64,000 bases of DNA, taken from the IMG/VR virus record IMGVR_UViG_3300034103_002265. The stretch is one strand, 5' to 3'. The position numbers were made by a program, and so were the translations under genes. The number at the start of each line of letters is the position of its first letter. Position 1 is the stretch's first letter. Below are positions 1 to 9,713 of the stretch, one piece after another. Source of the stretch: a virus. The notes below the pieces were generated by a model. The model ran no database searches and was not told the DNA's origin. It worked only from the letters and a program-made list of their open reading frames with translations.

Positions 1-1
1 G

Positions 2-466
2 GTAGAAAATAGAATTTACATAGGTAATGGAAACATTATTAGTTTAATCTTACAAGACGAAATTCTTCACGCAGATTGGACTGCATGGATTATTAATCAA
101 GTTGTCAAAGAAGATGAAGATTTTGCTAAACTAGCAGAAGAATGTCGAGAAGAAGTTTACTCAATGTATTTAGAAGTAATCCAAGAAGAAAAATCTTGGG
201 CTGATTATTTGTTTACTAAAGGAGTAGTCATTGGTCTTAATCCTGCAATTCTAAAAGATTTTGTTGATTATACTGCATTTACTAGATTAAAAGATATTGG
301 CATCAAATATCTAGAAGAACATCCCAAGACTAATCCAATTCCGTGGTTTAATAAGCATGTAAACATTAATAAAAAACAAACGGCTTTACAAGAAAATGAG
401 AGTACAAATTACGTCATTGGTGTAATGAGTGATGTAGTCGATTATGATGTATTGCCAGATTTATAA
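2..466 (+). CDS. nrdB: Ribonucleotide reductase small subunit (NrdB/R2), C-terminal part; 5' end lies outside the window
   Basis: Frame 2 is open from position 2 into ORF 164..466. The upstream in-frame sequence reads ...IISLILQDEILHADWTAW..., resembling the E-x-x-H iron-ligand region of class Ia R2. Confidence 0.65.
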   Translation, partial: VENRIYIGNGNIISLILQDEILHADWTAWIINQVVKEDEDFAKLAEECREEVYSMYLEVIQEEKSWADYLFTKGVVIGLNPAILKDFVDYTAFTRLKDIGIKYLEEHPKTNPIPWFNKHVNINKKQTALQENESTNYVIGVMSDVVDYDVLPDL

Positions 467-480
467 GAAAAGGAATCATT

Positions 481-711
481 ATGCAGGCTATTGTATGGAG
501 TAAGTATCACTGTCCTTATTGCGATCAAGCAAAGGCGTTATTAAAACAAAAAGGTATTCCCTTTGAAGAAAGAAAAATTGGCGATGGATGGAGTAAAGAA
601 GAATTATTAGAATCTATTCCTACGGCACGAACCGTACCTCAAATTATTTTAGATGGAAAATTAATTGGAGGATTTACTGAACTTAGGAGTTTATTAAGTG
701 AGCAACAATGA
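481..711 (+). CDS. Glutaredoxin / NrdH-like redoxin
   Basis: 76 aa with a CPYC active site and thioredoxin-fold length, immediately after nrdB. Confidence 0.8.
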   Translation: MQAIVWSKYHCPYCDQAKALLKQKGIPFEERKIGDGWSKEELLESIPTARTVPQIILDGKLIGGFTELRSLLSEQQ

Positions 712-1117
712 TTTATCTTCAACCAGTTTAGATGATTTGCTCGCTGATACTATTGATATATCAACAGTTGATATGCATTCAGTTACCTTACCACCTACAC
801 CATATTACGGAAATATAACTATTGCGCCCACAACTGGTCCGTTGGGGCAATATACATACAATAATACAATTTTATCAAACGGAACTTATTCTACAACAAA
901 TCCAGGTCTACATGTTTCTGGAAACGCAGAGTTTGAAGGTGATATTAAAATCAAAGGAAAAAGCATTCTAAAATTTTTAGAAACTATTGAAAAAAGATTA
1001 GCCATATTACAACCAGATCCTGCAAAATTGGAAAAATTTGCAGCATTACGCAAGGCCTATGAACATTATAAAACATTAGAAGCCTTGTGTGATTTAGAAG
1101 AAAAGAAAGAAGATTAA
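698..1117 (+). CDS. Hypothetical protein (possible virion protein)
   Basis: ORF only; 139 aa; no recognisable motif. Confidence 0.4.
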   Translation: MSNNDLSSTSLDDLLADTIDISTVDMHSVTLPPTPYYGNITIAPTTGPLGQYTYNNTILSNGTYSTTNPGLHVSGNAEFEGDIKIKGKSILKFLETIEKRLAILQPDPAKLEKFAALRKAYEHYKTLEALCDLEEKKED

Positions 1118-1118
1118 A

Positions 1119-1406
1119 ATGTTATTTGAAAAACCAATCGCATCGGGAGATGTAGTTAGTATTAAATTAATCAGCGGTGAAGAACTCATTGCTAGATTTG
1201 AAGAGGAAACAAGTGACGTTGTCAAAGTTTCTAAACCTTTGACAGTTAGTTTAGGGCCACAGGGCCTGGGAATGATTCCTTTTGTATTCTTAGGTAATAA
1301 AGAAAAGATTACTTTAAAACAGCAACACGTTATTGCAATGATGCCGTCTAAAAAAGAAGCAGCAGATCAGTATATGCAAGGAACAACTGGGATTGCTTTA
1401 AGTTAA
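1119..1406 (+). CDS. Hypothetical protein
   Basis: ORF tightly packed behind 698..1117. Confidence 0.4.
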   Translation: MLFEKPIASGDVVSIKLISGEELIARFEEETSDVVKVSKPLTVSLGPQGLGMIPFVFLGNKEKITLKQQHVIAMMPSKKEAADQYMQGTTGIALS

Positions 1407-1427
1407 ATAATAATTTAAGGGATCACA

Positions 1428-1892
1428 ATGGCAACATATTCTATCACTTCAAACGTTACCGAAGTTAATGAAGGTGGTAGCGTTGTCTTCACAGTTAGTG
1501 TAACTGATGGCTCCACAACCACTTATGGCATTACTATTGTATCTGGAACAAGTACCTATGCAAATGCATTAGATTTTAGTGATGTATTTGGTCTTTACAA
1601 TACTGTAACTTTACCTGGGGGATTTCTTTCAGGAGTTACAACTTTTACCAAGACATTAGCCTCCAACGTTACAACACCACCCGAAGGGCCGGAATTTTTT
1701 GTTGTCCAATTAAGAGAAAATAATACCTCCGGCGCAGTATTAGCAGTATCTCAAAACATTACAGTTATAGATACGCCAGTTAGCACTGATCCAGAAAATG
1801 GAAAAATTGGCTTCGGATCATCAAACCAACCAATATTTTATTTTGATAGTAATTGGTATAAAATGACCGGAACACAAATTCAATTAACTTAA
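1428..1892 (+). CDS. Hypothetical Thr/Ser/Val-rich protein (Ig-like structural protein?)
   Basis: 154 aa ORF with RBS-like aagggatcacaATG. Confidence 0.4.
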   Translation: MATYSITSNVTEVNEGGSVVFTVSVTDGSTTTYGITIVSGTSTYANALDFSDVFGLYNTVTLPGGFLSGVTTFTKTLASNVTTPPEGPEFFVVQLRENNTSGAVLAVSQNITVIDTPVSTDPENGKIGFGSSNQPIFYFDSNWYKMTGTQIQLT

Positions 1893-1902
1893 GGAGTTTT
1901 TA

Positions 1903-2739
1903 ATGCCATACGTACCAGGTGGTGGAAGAATCAGTGACGTTTATCGTAGCGGAAACGTATATGTAAACAATGTGCCTGTTGCCCTGTGGCTTGCACCTGC
2001 TGGCAGTGCAAATTTTGTAGGAGTAGAAGATTCTCCAGTAGTAGTTGTTCCTCCAGAAGCCACTACAAAAATTACTAACCAAACAAATGCAATAATCACT
2101 GCACAGATATCAAATCCAACTGCAGAAATACCAGCATATTATAAACCAGAAGCAGCAGCCGATGGCGTTAAAGGAAATTATGCACCTGTTGATGATCAAA
2201 CAACCAGTACTGGAATCATATCGACATCTACGTCTGCGGCTGATTTAATTCCTTTCTTACAAAGAACTGTAGAAGAAGCAGGAAGAGGAATGTGGGCAGA
2301 AACTGGAATGGGCGGAAAACCTAGTAATCAAAATATTGTCGGTATTTGGAAAAGTTTAGGATATCCTTCATCCGGTCCTTGGCTTTCAGATCAAACAGCA
2401 TGGTGTATGGGATTTGTCAATTTTGCATTAAAATGTTCTGGATACAAATATGTACAAACTGCGGCCGCAGCAGCGATAACTACACAACCTGAACGATGGG
2501 GTGCAGTACAAGTTCCAAAAAATCAAGCGCAGCCTGGGGATATTGCCTTTTGGAGTTATAGACACGTTAATTTTGTGTATGAGAAAAAAGGAACAAAATT
2601 TAACTTTGTTGGAGGCAACCAATCCGGATCGTCGGCAAAAAACAATCCAAATAATGGTGATGTGACTATAAGTTGGCCAAACGGTATAGATCCAAATCAC
2701 CCAACTTGGGTCAGTTGTTGGAGACCTACCAGACTGTAA
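1903..2739 (+). CDS. Putative cell-wall hydrolase, CHAP/NlpC-like C-terminal domain
   Basis: RBS aaggag upstream. The C-terminal region contains Cys...His (WCMGFVNF...FWSYRHVNFVY), resembling CHAP-like phage lysin domains. Confidence 0.4.
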   Translation: MPYVPGGGRISDVYRSGNVYVNNVPVALWLAPAGSANFVGVEDSPVVVVPPEATTKITNQTNAIITAQISNPTAEIPAYYKPEAAADGVKGNYAPVDDQTTSTGIISTSTSAADLIPFLQRTVEEAGRGMWAETGMGGKPSNQNIVGIWKSLGYPSSGPWLSDQTAWCMGFVNFALKCSGYKYVQTAAAAAITTQPERWGAVQVPKNQAQPGDIAFWSYRHVNFVYEKKGTKFNFVGGNQSGSSAKNNPNNGDVTISWPNGIDPNHPTWVSCWRPTRL

Positions 2740-2809
2740 TTTTGGTAATTTTATAGATTGATTAAAATCTGATTTTGTAGTATACTAGTTCAACAGTAGT
2801 AGAAAGGTA

Positions 2810-3016
2810 GTGAAAATGCAAGGAAAAGTAAAGTGGTTTAACAATACCAAAGGTTTTGGATTTATTCTTCCAGATAATGAAACTGTAGATGTGTTTGCAC
2901 ATTTCAGCCAAATTCAAATGGACGGATATAAAACACTAAAGACTAATCAAATTGTAGAATTTGATCTAGTTAATGGTGAAAAAGGTAAGCAGGCTCAAAA
3001 CATTAGACCAGTGTGA
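2810..3016 (+). CDS. cspA: Cold-shock protein CspA family
   Basis: 68 aa with KGTVKWFN-like [14 protein letters not shown] and VFAHFS RNP motifs. Confidence 0.9.
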   Translation: MKMQGKVKWFNNTKGFGFILPDNETVDVFAHFSQIQMDGYKTLKTNQIVEFDLVNGEKGKQAQNIRPV

Positions 3017-3118
3017 AAGGCGTAATCATGTATACCTACGAAGTTTGGATTAGACTCAATCCTTATCAAACTGCCCATGTTCGTGTCCAAGCCAGTGACG
3101 ATTATCAAGCAAAAATGA

Positions 3119-3661
3119 TTGCCGAGGCTCAATATGGTCAGGGTAATGTCCTCAATTGGACCAGAATTGACTGATGAAAATAAGCCAAATTCCGCAAAAG
3201 GGCGTGATAGTTTTGACATCACCCCTGGCGGAAGTCTTGTAAATTTTTTCAATAGAAATGTAACCCCTTACGCTACAGAAGCAGGGGGACCTAAATTTGA
3301 TTTGGTTCCAGTAACCAAACAAAAAGACATTATGGTCAATGTTGCTAGGCTTCATGCCCAGCAAGAATATGACCGAATAATGGAATTAGTCACGGTATTG
3401 CAAAAACAAGCAGCACAAATCAAAAGAAGGTTAGAGATAACTGATGCGGTACATGCTGCTCATTATCAATTTCAAGTTTATCATAACCAAATTTATTGGT
3501 TAGTTTACGATAGTAGAAAAAATTTTACTAGATTAGTACATCATGGTCCGACAGAATGGAGTTGTGGTCCTCCAACAGAGTATGAATATATTTGCAGAGT
3601 AAAATGGTTAGGTGATCATAGTTGGATCGAAGTTGATAACAGCGGTAATCCTGTAAATTAA
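3119..3661 (+). CDS. Hypothetical protein
   Basis: 180 aa ORF; start uncertain. Confidence 0.35.
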   Translation: MPRLNMVRVMSSIGPELTDENKPNSAKGRDSFDITPGGSLVNFFNRNVTPYATEAGGPKFDLVPVTKQKDIMVNVARLHAQQEYDRIMELVTVLQKQAAQIKRRLEITDAVHAAHYQFQVYHNQIYWLVYDSRKNFTRLVHHGPTEWSCGPPTEYEYICRVKWLGDHSWIEVDNSGNPVN

Positions 3662-3662
3662 T

Positions 3663-4832
3663 ATGAATTACGTAAATGGCCTTTATGAAGTTGAGAATCA
3701 AATTTATCTGAATAAAGTTCAAGCCATCCTTGAAGGATCAAAAAATAGATCCAAGGTAAAATGGAAATACTATGATGATATTTTTTCTAAAGCCGCTGCA
3801 AAACCAATAGAAAAAATTTCAATAGTGGAATTGTACAGACAGAGGGCCGAGCAACTTAGAGGATCATATGATTATTTGATACTAAATTATAGTGGAGGTT
3901 CGGACAGTCATAACATTCTTCAAACGTTTATCAAATATAATATCAAACTAGATGCAATTTATGTGCAGTGGCCAGAAAGTTTAATGGACAAAGGTCTATA
4001 TGTTCCTAATAGTGTTGATAAAAGTAATGCTAATTTTCATAGCGAATGGGATCTAGTTCTTAAGAAAGATTTAGAGTGGATTTCAAAAAACAAGCCTGAA
4101 ATTAAAATTGAAATCGACGATTGGGCACATAGCATAAAAGAGAAATTTTATAATGATGATCTGTTTTTGGCCAATGTTAGTAACTTGCCAAGCATTGCGA
4201 GATCTCAAAAACAAAATACTTTTTCTAAGTTTGAAACAAAGTGGGCCAGTCAAGGAAAAAAGGTAGCAAGTATTTTCGGAGTTGATAAAACAAATATAGT
4301 TTCTAGAGGTAATGAATGGTATTTCTATTTTATGGATACTGCGTTTATGGCACAACCTAATCCAGAAAATCCATATGGTCTAGAATATTTTTATCACACG
4401 CCAAAGTTTCCAGAACTAGCAGTGGTGCAGGCAAAAATGTTGATTGAATGGTATAAACAGAATCCAAAACACTTGTTTTTGGTTAAGTCTAGAAGTGAAA
4501 GAGAAATAGATGATCCAACTTATAAAAGTTGGCCTAGATCTCGTCATTATGAAGAATTTTCTCAAGTATCTGAAATTTTTAAATTTGTTTGTTATCCATT
4601 TTGGGATTTTAATAGATTTCAAGCCGATAAGCCGTTTGCTGTTCTTGATGGATTTAAAATGGGAACGCGAGCATGGGATAACATACTCACTGCGTTACCA
4701 AATTTTAAAATTGTTCAACAAAAATGGGAATATAATTGGAAATCTTATCTAAAATTGATAGATCCCGATTTTATGAGAAATAGAGACACATTGGGTGTAA
4801 TTTCATCTAGGTGGCACAGAATTTGTATATAA
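3663..4832 (+). CDS. PP-loop superfamily ATP pyrophosphatase (PAPS reductase / QueC / TilS-like fold)
   Basis: SGGSDS PP-loop motif (ILNYSGGSDSHNIL) about 75 aa from the N-terminus. Confidence 0.5.
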   Translation: MNYVNGLYEVENQIYLNKVQAILEGSKNRSKVKWKYYDDIFSKAAAKPIEKISIVELYRQRAEQLRGSYDYLILNYSGGSDSHNILQTFIKYNIKLDAIYVQWPESLMDKGLYVPNSVDKSNANFHSEWDLVLKKDLEWISKNKPEIKIEIDDWAHSIKEKFYNDDLFLANVSNLPSIARSQKQNTFSKFETKWASQGKKVASIFGVDKTNIVSRGNEWYFYFMDTAFMAQPNPENPYGLEYFYHTPKFPELAVVQAKMLIEWYKQNPKHLFLVKSRSEREIDDPTYKSWPRSRHYEEFSQVSEIFKFVCYPFWDFNRFQADKPFAVLDGFKMGTRAWDNILTALPNFKIVQQKWEYNWKSYLKLIDPDFMRNRDTLGVISSRWHRICI

Positions 4833-4937
4833 ATATTAATCTATCTGGTAGGGGTAAGGATGCATAGCAACCTGTATGAGTGTAAGACTCATAGTCTTGA
4901 CAGAGGACCTACACGCCCTACGGAGTCTGTCAAATTT

Positions 4938-5012
4938 GCGCTAGAGGCTAATTGGAATAGCAAGGGTCTCTAAAGCCCGAGATAGCAGGTTCGATCCCTG
5001 TCTAGCGCACCA
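4938..5012 (+). tRNA. tRNA with CUA anticodon (amber-reading, suppressor-type), CCA encoded
   Basis: Hand-folded cloverleaf: acceptor gcgctag/ctagcgc (7 bp), D arm gcta-attggaa-tagc, anticodon arm agggt-cTCTAaa-gcccg, V agata, T arm gcagg-ttcgatc-cctgt, discriminator A, CCA. Confidence 0.7.
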
Positions 5013-5026
5013 AATATAATTTTATT

Positions 5027-5272
5027 ATGACTACATTGGCTGAATATTTTGAAAAAAATAGACCTAAACCAGTTTGGTTTATAGGTGATAGAGTTTTCGG
5101 TCGATGGAACAAAATTCCATTTATCGGAACTGTTGGTAATGATAACGTGGTTTCTGAGGAACAAGGACCAAGAGTTAGTGTCATGTTAGATTTACCAATT
5201 AAATACGAAGATAAAATTTACAATTTAATTTTTGTAAAACAAAAAGACATTACTAAACTAAAGGAGTATTAA
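5027..5272 (+). CDS. Hypothetical protein
   Basis: 81 aa ORF directly after the tRNA. Confidence 0.4.
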   Translation: MTTLAEYFEKNRPKPVWFIGDRVFGRWNKIPFIGTVGNDNVVSEEQGPRVSVMLDLPIKYEDKIYNLIFVKQKDITKLKEY

Positions 5273-5306
5273 TATGTCGTAGATTGAATATGCTTGTAAA
5301 GATGTA

Positions 5307-5876
5307 GTGTTTCACTTTAATAAGAAGCACTTAGAAGATCAAACCATCCCAATGTGGGTGTTAAAAACTCAAGGTGAGAGTTTTTATGTCAATCATGTAG
5401 ATTGTTCAGTTCCGTGGAGTACTAAAGAAACTGTAGACAATCCGCACACTAAAGGCAGCATCAAGGTCAAAGATTGTTTATTGACCATTAACGAAGATAA
5501 CTGTGCTACAATTTCTCAACTTACTTCTGTAGATAAGATTAGACTGCGTAATCAGAAGTTAGGTATTACTCGCGTCATTGTTCTAGAAGGCAAAGATTAT
5601 TTGCGTTTTCGAGAAGCCATTAAGCAACTTAAAATCAAACATAGTCCTTTCAAAAGTATTGGTGGGGCCTGTAGTTCTAGGTTCTATATCTGTGACATCT
5701 TGGATAAGAAGCAATACACTTTGTTAAGTTTGGCCCTTAGTGATATCTCGAGTTTTAGGCCACTTATGCCAAATGAAGGGTACTATAAAGTCTACGACGA
5801 CCCAAAGTATCAAAAAGTCAACGATATCGATTTGGATGCCGTTGACTACGATGATGAAGAAGATGAAAATGCTTGA
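5307..5876 (+). CDS. Hypothetical protein with acidic C-terminus
   Basis: 189 aa ORF. Confidence 0.4.
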   Translation: MFHFNKKHLEDQTIPMWVLKTQGESFYVNHVDCSVPWSTKETVDNPHTKGSIKVKDCLLTINEDNCATISQLTSVDKIRLRNQKLGITRVIVLEGKDYLRFREAIKQLKIKHSPFKSIGGACSSRFYICDILDKKQYTLLSLALSDISSFRPLMPNEGYYKVYDDPKYQKVNDIDLDAVDYDDEEDENA

Positions 5877-5924
5877 CAAAGGTTTCGACAGCATATACAA
5901 TATTAAAAATTTCAAGAGTATATC

Positions 5925-6200
5925 ATGAGCAGTGGTAAAATATCGGAAGACCGTAAAACAATATCTTTTGAATTAAACTCCCATCAAATGGTAGGTCATT
6001 TTACACTGGCTCACATAGATGGTAACGAGTTGAACCCAGACAAGATTTACATGAAACTAGATACGCAAATCATTCACGATACTACCAATGTCAACAACAC
6101 GAATAGTATTATAATTGACAAACGATATGCAAAAGTATTATCCATCTGGTTCAAGCATGCCGCAGAATTAATGGACGAATGGTATAAAGAAGAAGATTAA
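5925..6200 (+). CDS. Hypothetical protein
   Basis: 91 aa ORF. Confidence 0.4.
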   Translation: MSSGKISEDRKTISFELNSHQMVGHFTLAHIDGNELNPDKIYMKLDTQIIHDTTNVNNTNSIIIDKRYAKVLSIWFKHAAELMDEWYKEED

Positions 6201-6225
6201 ATAAGAATATTGCTGTAAAGACCGC

Positions 6226-6465
6226 AAGGAAAGATACGACGAGAAATGAGTCTCGGACCCGGGGGCAGTGCCCGGCATCTCCACCTAAGTGTATTTGGTA
6301 TATTTAGGTGGGGATGACACAGTTTCGACGGGGCAAAGAGTAACAGAGTGGACAGCACGGTAGGCGATGACCGTAAATCAAGCAAAATTAATACTCGCAA
6401 ACGACGAAGTATTCGCAATGGCCGCTTGAGGCCTGCTGAGGTAGGAATACCAAGAAACAGAAACT
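6226..6465 (+). ncRNA. ssrA: tmRNA (ssrA), circularly permuted two-piece gene: acceptor piece upstream of coding piece. The 5' end of the acceptor piece is uncertain.
   Basis: Coding piece GGGGATGACACAGTTTCGACGGGG at 6311 closely resembles the canonical tmRNA 5' end. The tag frame GCA AAC GAC GAA GTA TTC GCA ATG GCC GCT TGA (6397..6429) encodes ANDEVFAMAA. Upstream T-arm-like ccggg-ggcagtg-cccgg plus catctcc-A-CC (6283..6296) pairs with GGGGATG including G3.U70. A terminator follows at 6470..6496. Confidence 0.7.
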
Positions 6466-6469
6466 CCAA

Positions 6470-6496
6470 AAGGCTACTTCGGTAGCCTTTTTTTTG
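6470..6496 (+). terminator. Rho-independent terminator
   Basis: aggctac-ttcg-gtagcct followed by T8. Confidence 0.8.
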
Positions 6497-6510
6497 TTAT
6501 AATAACATAG

Positions 6511-7494
6511 ATGAAAAATTTTTTCGAATTAGAACATATTTTTGTTGTGTTTCCCCCCGGGTCATCAGGGAATTTTATTTCTAATTTAATTAGAAATATA
6601 ATTTCTAATACCATGACTGAACAGCAGTTATCGTCTAGCGGAAATGCGCACCACGATCCTGGTACTGGAAATCCGTTAGGATGCAACATTTTATATCTTT
6701 ACCCTAATCATCAGTTGATAACAGATAATGACAAAATAAATTTTTATAAAAAAGATATCGAAACTAAATTTTTAAATGATTTAACTGTTAAAGTTTCTTG
6801 GACACATGATTTTTCTAATATAAGTTTTTACAAAAAGTTATTTCCAAATTGTAAAATTTTAGTAATTACCACCGAAACTCGAAAAGAAAAAATAACTGCA
6901 ATGATATTGCAAGAATTGAAAAATACTTTAGATACTCACGGGTATGTGTTTGTTGATGATGAAGAATTTCGTAAACCTTTAATTATTCGAACTGCTCGAA
7001 TGTTAAAAGAAATGTCAAATATAAAAGATATGGATTATTTGATAAAATTGCTAGACAATGGAAGATCACCTAAAAATTTTCCATTGTTTGTTTATCTTAC
7101 AATATATAGCATGATGACTTATTATGAGTTTACTAATGAAAAATACGATTTATTAGATTATTGCATAAATCCTGCTGGAACAATAACAGGAATTTGGGAT
7201 CAACAAATAATAAAAGTAATAGGACCTAAATATCAAGATTGTGTTACTGATGACTGTATCAAACTACACTTCTCTGATATTGTCACCAAAAATTCAAAAA
7301 GTTTAATAGACAGACTAGAAATACTATTAGGTATAATTTTAACAGAAAAGCAAAAAATATATGTTTCAAATTCATTAAAACAATATATTGAAAAACAAAA
7401 TCAAGAAGTTTTATCAAATCCTAAAAAATATTTCGAAACAATAAAATCACAGGCTCTTTTACGCATCCAAGAATTAAAAAACGAAACAGATTGA
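6511..7494 (+). CDS. Hypothetical protein (sulfotransferase-like fold is only a guess)
   Basis: 327 aa ORF with N-terminal FVVFPPGSSGNFISN. Confidence 0.35.
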   Translation: MKNFFELEHIFVVFPPGSSGNFISNLIRNIISNTMTEQQLSSSGNAHHDPGTGNPLGCNILYLYPNHQLITDNDKINFYKKDIETKFLNDLTVKVSWTHDFSNISFYKKLFPNCKILVITTETRKEKITAMILQELKNTLDTHGYVFVDDEEFRKPLIIRTARMLKEMSNIKDMDYLIKLLDNGRSPKNFPLFVYLTIYSMMTYYEFTNEKYDLLDYCINPAGTITGIWDQQIIKVIGPKYQDCVTDDCIKLHFSDIVTKNSKSLIDRLEILLGIILTEKQKIYVSNSLKQYIEKQNQEVLSNPKKYFETIKSQALLRIQELKNETD

Positions 7495-7543
7495 ACAGAA
7501 AACTAAGAAGTAATTAATCTTAGTAACTTTTTGAAAAGGCCCT

Positions 7544-7570
7544 ACGGGGCCTTTTCTTTTGGTAAATATT
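7544..7570 (+). terminator. Rho-independent terminator
   Basis: ggccc-tacg-gggcc followed by a T-run. Confidence 0.75.
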
Positions 7571-7591
7571 TTTTTGATTACCTTTAAAATT

Positions 7592-8866
7592 ATGAATAAA
7601 CATTTTTGTAGTGCTCCCTGGATTGGAACAACGTTCGAAACAACAGAATCATTTAAACCTTGTTGTTATATCGATAATTCAAAATTGAATATAAAAGCAA
7701 GTTCATTTGAAGAATATTATAATAGCACTGGAATTAAAAATTTAAGAAAACAATTTATAAACGGCGAAAAGCCGGATATGTGTAGAAGGTGTTGGTTATC
7801 GGAAAGCAATGATGAATCTGTTGTAGACAGTATGAGAAAAAGGATGAATATTCAAGCCAAAACTGATAAATTAATGGATAAAATATTTGAACTAACCAAT
7901 GAAGAGGGTGAGGTTTCAAAAAGTATAGTTTCGTGGGCCGATCTTCAATTTTCAAACAAGTGCAATTATAGTTGTATTATTTGTTCTCCATATAGATCAA
8001 GAAGCATAGAAAAAAAATATCTTAAAGAATATAGAATTTTATCTGGAGATATCAAAAAAATAGATCTTGAGAACGATAACGAAAGTAAAATTTTAAATTG
8101 GTTAGAAACAGAGGGATACAAAACAATTAAATTACTGGTTATAAACGGCGGCGAACCTTTTTTACAAGATGGTTTTTATAAAATGTTAGACATTTTTATG
8201 AAAAAGGGTGCAGATAAAGATTGTGTGTTATCGTTATCAACTAATGGATCAATTAGCAAATCTCCCGAAGGAAAAGATGTTATTAATGATTATTTGAAAA
8301 AATGGAATAATACAGTTAAACTTCAAATGAGCATTGATCATCATGGAAAAAAGGGAGAATTTTTAAGACCAGGGTACAGCGACGAAGTTTGGCTATCAAA
8401 CTACAATAAATTTAGCAGAGAAAAAAATATTTCTATAAGGACATCAATAGCATTATCGTTGCTCAATACTCCAACAATACACCAACTTTTTGAAATGTTT
8501 TCAAACAAATTATTACCAGAAACAATCAATTACACTCATTTAGTTCATTCTCCGGAAAGTATTTCTTTTGGTCAAATACAATTAGAAAAAAATCTATTAG
8601 ATACTTCAATAAAAAGTTTAGATGAATCCATAAGAATAATGCAAAGTTTTTCTCCAAAAAATGTAGGACTAATCGAATCCGCAAAAGATGTTTTAGTAAA
8701 AAATTTCAAAGGAAATAAATTTTACTTACCGTATTTTAGAGAAGGTATTCGAGCAATCGAAGTTAGAAAAGATTTAAATTTCTTAGATATTTTTCCAGAA
8801 CATAAACAGTTTTGGGAGTTAAGTCTGCAATCTGGAGCGTACCCAAGACCAAATTTATTAAATTGA
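7592..8866 (+). CDS. Radical SAM domain protein
   Basis: CNYSCIIC (CxxxCxxC) cluster motif plus additional Cys-rich regions. Start chosen at MNKHF, downstream of the terminator. Confidence 0.55.
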   Translation: MNKHFCSAPWIGTTFETTESFKPCCYIDNSKLNIKASSFEEYYNSTGIKNLRKQFINGEKPDMCRRCWLSESNDESVVDSMRKRMNIQAKTDKLMDKIFELTNEEGEVSKSIVSWADLQFSNKCNYSCIICSPYRSRSIEKKYLKEYRILSGDIKKIDLENDNESKILNWLETEGYKTIKLLVINGGEPFLQDGFYKMLDIFMKKGADKDCVLSLSTNGSISKSPEGKDVINDYLKKWNNTVKLQMSIDHHGKKGEFLRPGYSDEVWLSNYNKFSREKNISIRTSIALSLLNTPTIHQLFEMFSNKLLPETINYTHLVHSPESISFGQIQLEKNLLDTSIKSLDESIRIMQSFSPKNVGLIESAKDVLVKNFKGNKFYLPYFREGIRAIEVRKDLNFLDIFPEHKQFWELSLQSGAYPRPNLLN

Positions 8867-8955
8867 AATTTTAAATTTCAAATTCTATTGACTTTAATTA
8901 CAATATCTATATATAATATAGACTGACAGACAGTCATTTTTAAAGGAAATAAAAT

Positions 8956-9405
8956 ATGAAGAAATTTGCAATCGCATCAATTATGGCTTTAGCCGCAACT
9001 GCCGCTTCCGCATGGGAAGTTGGTGTTACTACTGCTCGTGACTACAGCGGAACTAATCGAAACTCTGCTGGTTTGTATCTTGGGCAGAAATATGGTATTG
9101 TAGGCGTTGGTGCAGAAATTGATCGTGCTACTCGTGGCGCTGACGATCAAAATCGCTACAGCCTAGTTGGTACAGTTGATGTTACCAAAGTGGGCCCTGC
9201 AACTGTTTTTGTAAAAGGTGCAGGATCGTACCTTGATAACCAAACCAGTGTTGACGGTTATGCAGTATCTTTGGGAGCCGGTGTTAGTGTTCCGGTTGTA
9301 AAGAACGTGACTGCAACTTTTGATGTTACTCGTCAGTATGGGCAAGATCGTGTCAGTCAGTCTGATGGAAATCGTGTTGCTGTTGGTCTAAGATATAATT
9401 TCTAA
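8956..9405 (+). CDS. Small outer-membrane beta-barrel protein (Lom/Ail/OmpX-like)
   Basis: Signal peptide MKKFAIASIMALAATAASA, alternating amphipathic strands, C-terminal ...RYNF. Confidence 0.5.
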   Translation: MKKFAIASIMALAATAASAWEVGVTTARDYSGTNRNSAGLYLGQKYGIVGVGAEIDRATRGADDQNRYSLVGTVDVTKVGPATVFVKGAGSYLDNQTSVDGYAVSLGAGVSVPVVKNVTATFDVTRQYGQDRVSQSDGNRVAVGLRYNF

Positions 9406-9427
9406 TCTATCATTAGTTTAATAAATG

Positions 9428-9454
9428 AACCCGCTTCGGCGGGTTTATTTTTTC
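9428..9454 (+). terminator. Rho-independent terminator
   Basis: acccgc-ttcg-gcgggt followed by a T-run. Confidence 0.8.
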
Positions 9455-9488
9455 TTGACTAAAAGTTATTTTGATGCAATAATAAACT

Positions 9489-9713
9489 ATGAAACTTTGT
9501 CCGGATTGTGATACTCGAGCACTGTGTTGCGACCATTGTGCATTTTATCAATTTAATGGTGATGAACACGGACGTTATACTGGAAATGGCTGGTGTCGAC
9601 TGCACAAACGATCGGAAGATCCCGGTAGCCTATGCGATGATTATTTTTGTTTTCAAATTTTAAGGAAAGATACAGATGACAATGCATCTTCATCACCCTG
9701 CTCTCAGCCTTAA
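9489..9713 (+). CDS. Hypothetical Cys-rich small protein
   Basis: 74 aa with 11 Cys. Confidence 0.35.
   Translation: MKLCPDCDTRALCCDHCAFYQFNGDEHGRYTGNGWCRLHKRSEDPGSLCDDYFCFQILRKDTDDNASSSPCSQP

Noticed and set aside
6197-6469. Minus-strand ORF 6197..6469 (90 aa).
   Set aside because: The region is occupied by the tmRNA on the plus strand. The translation is Arg/Leu-rich nonsense.
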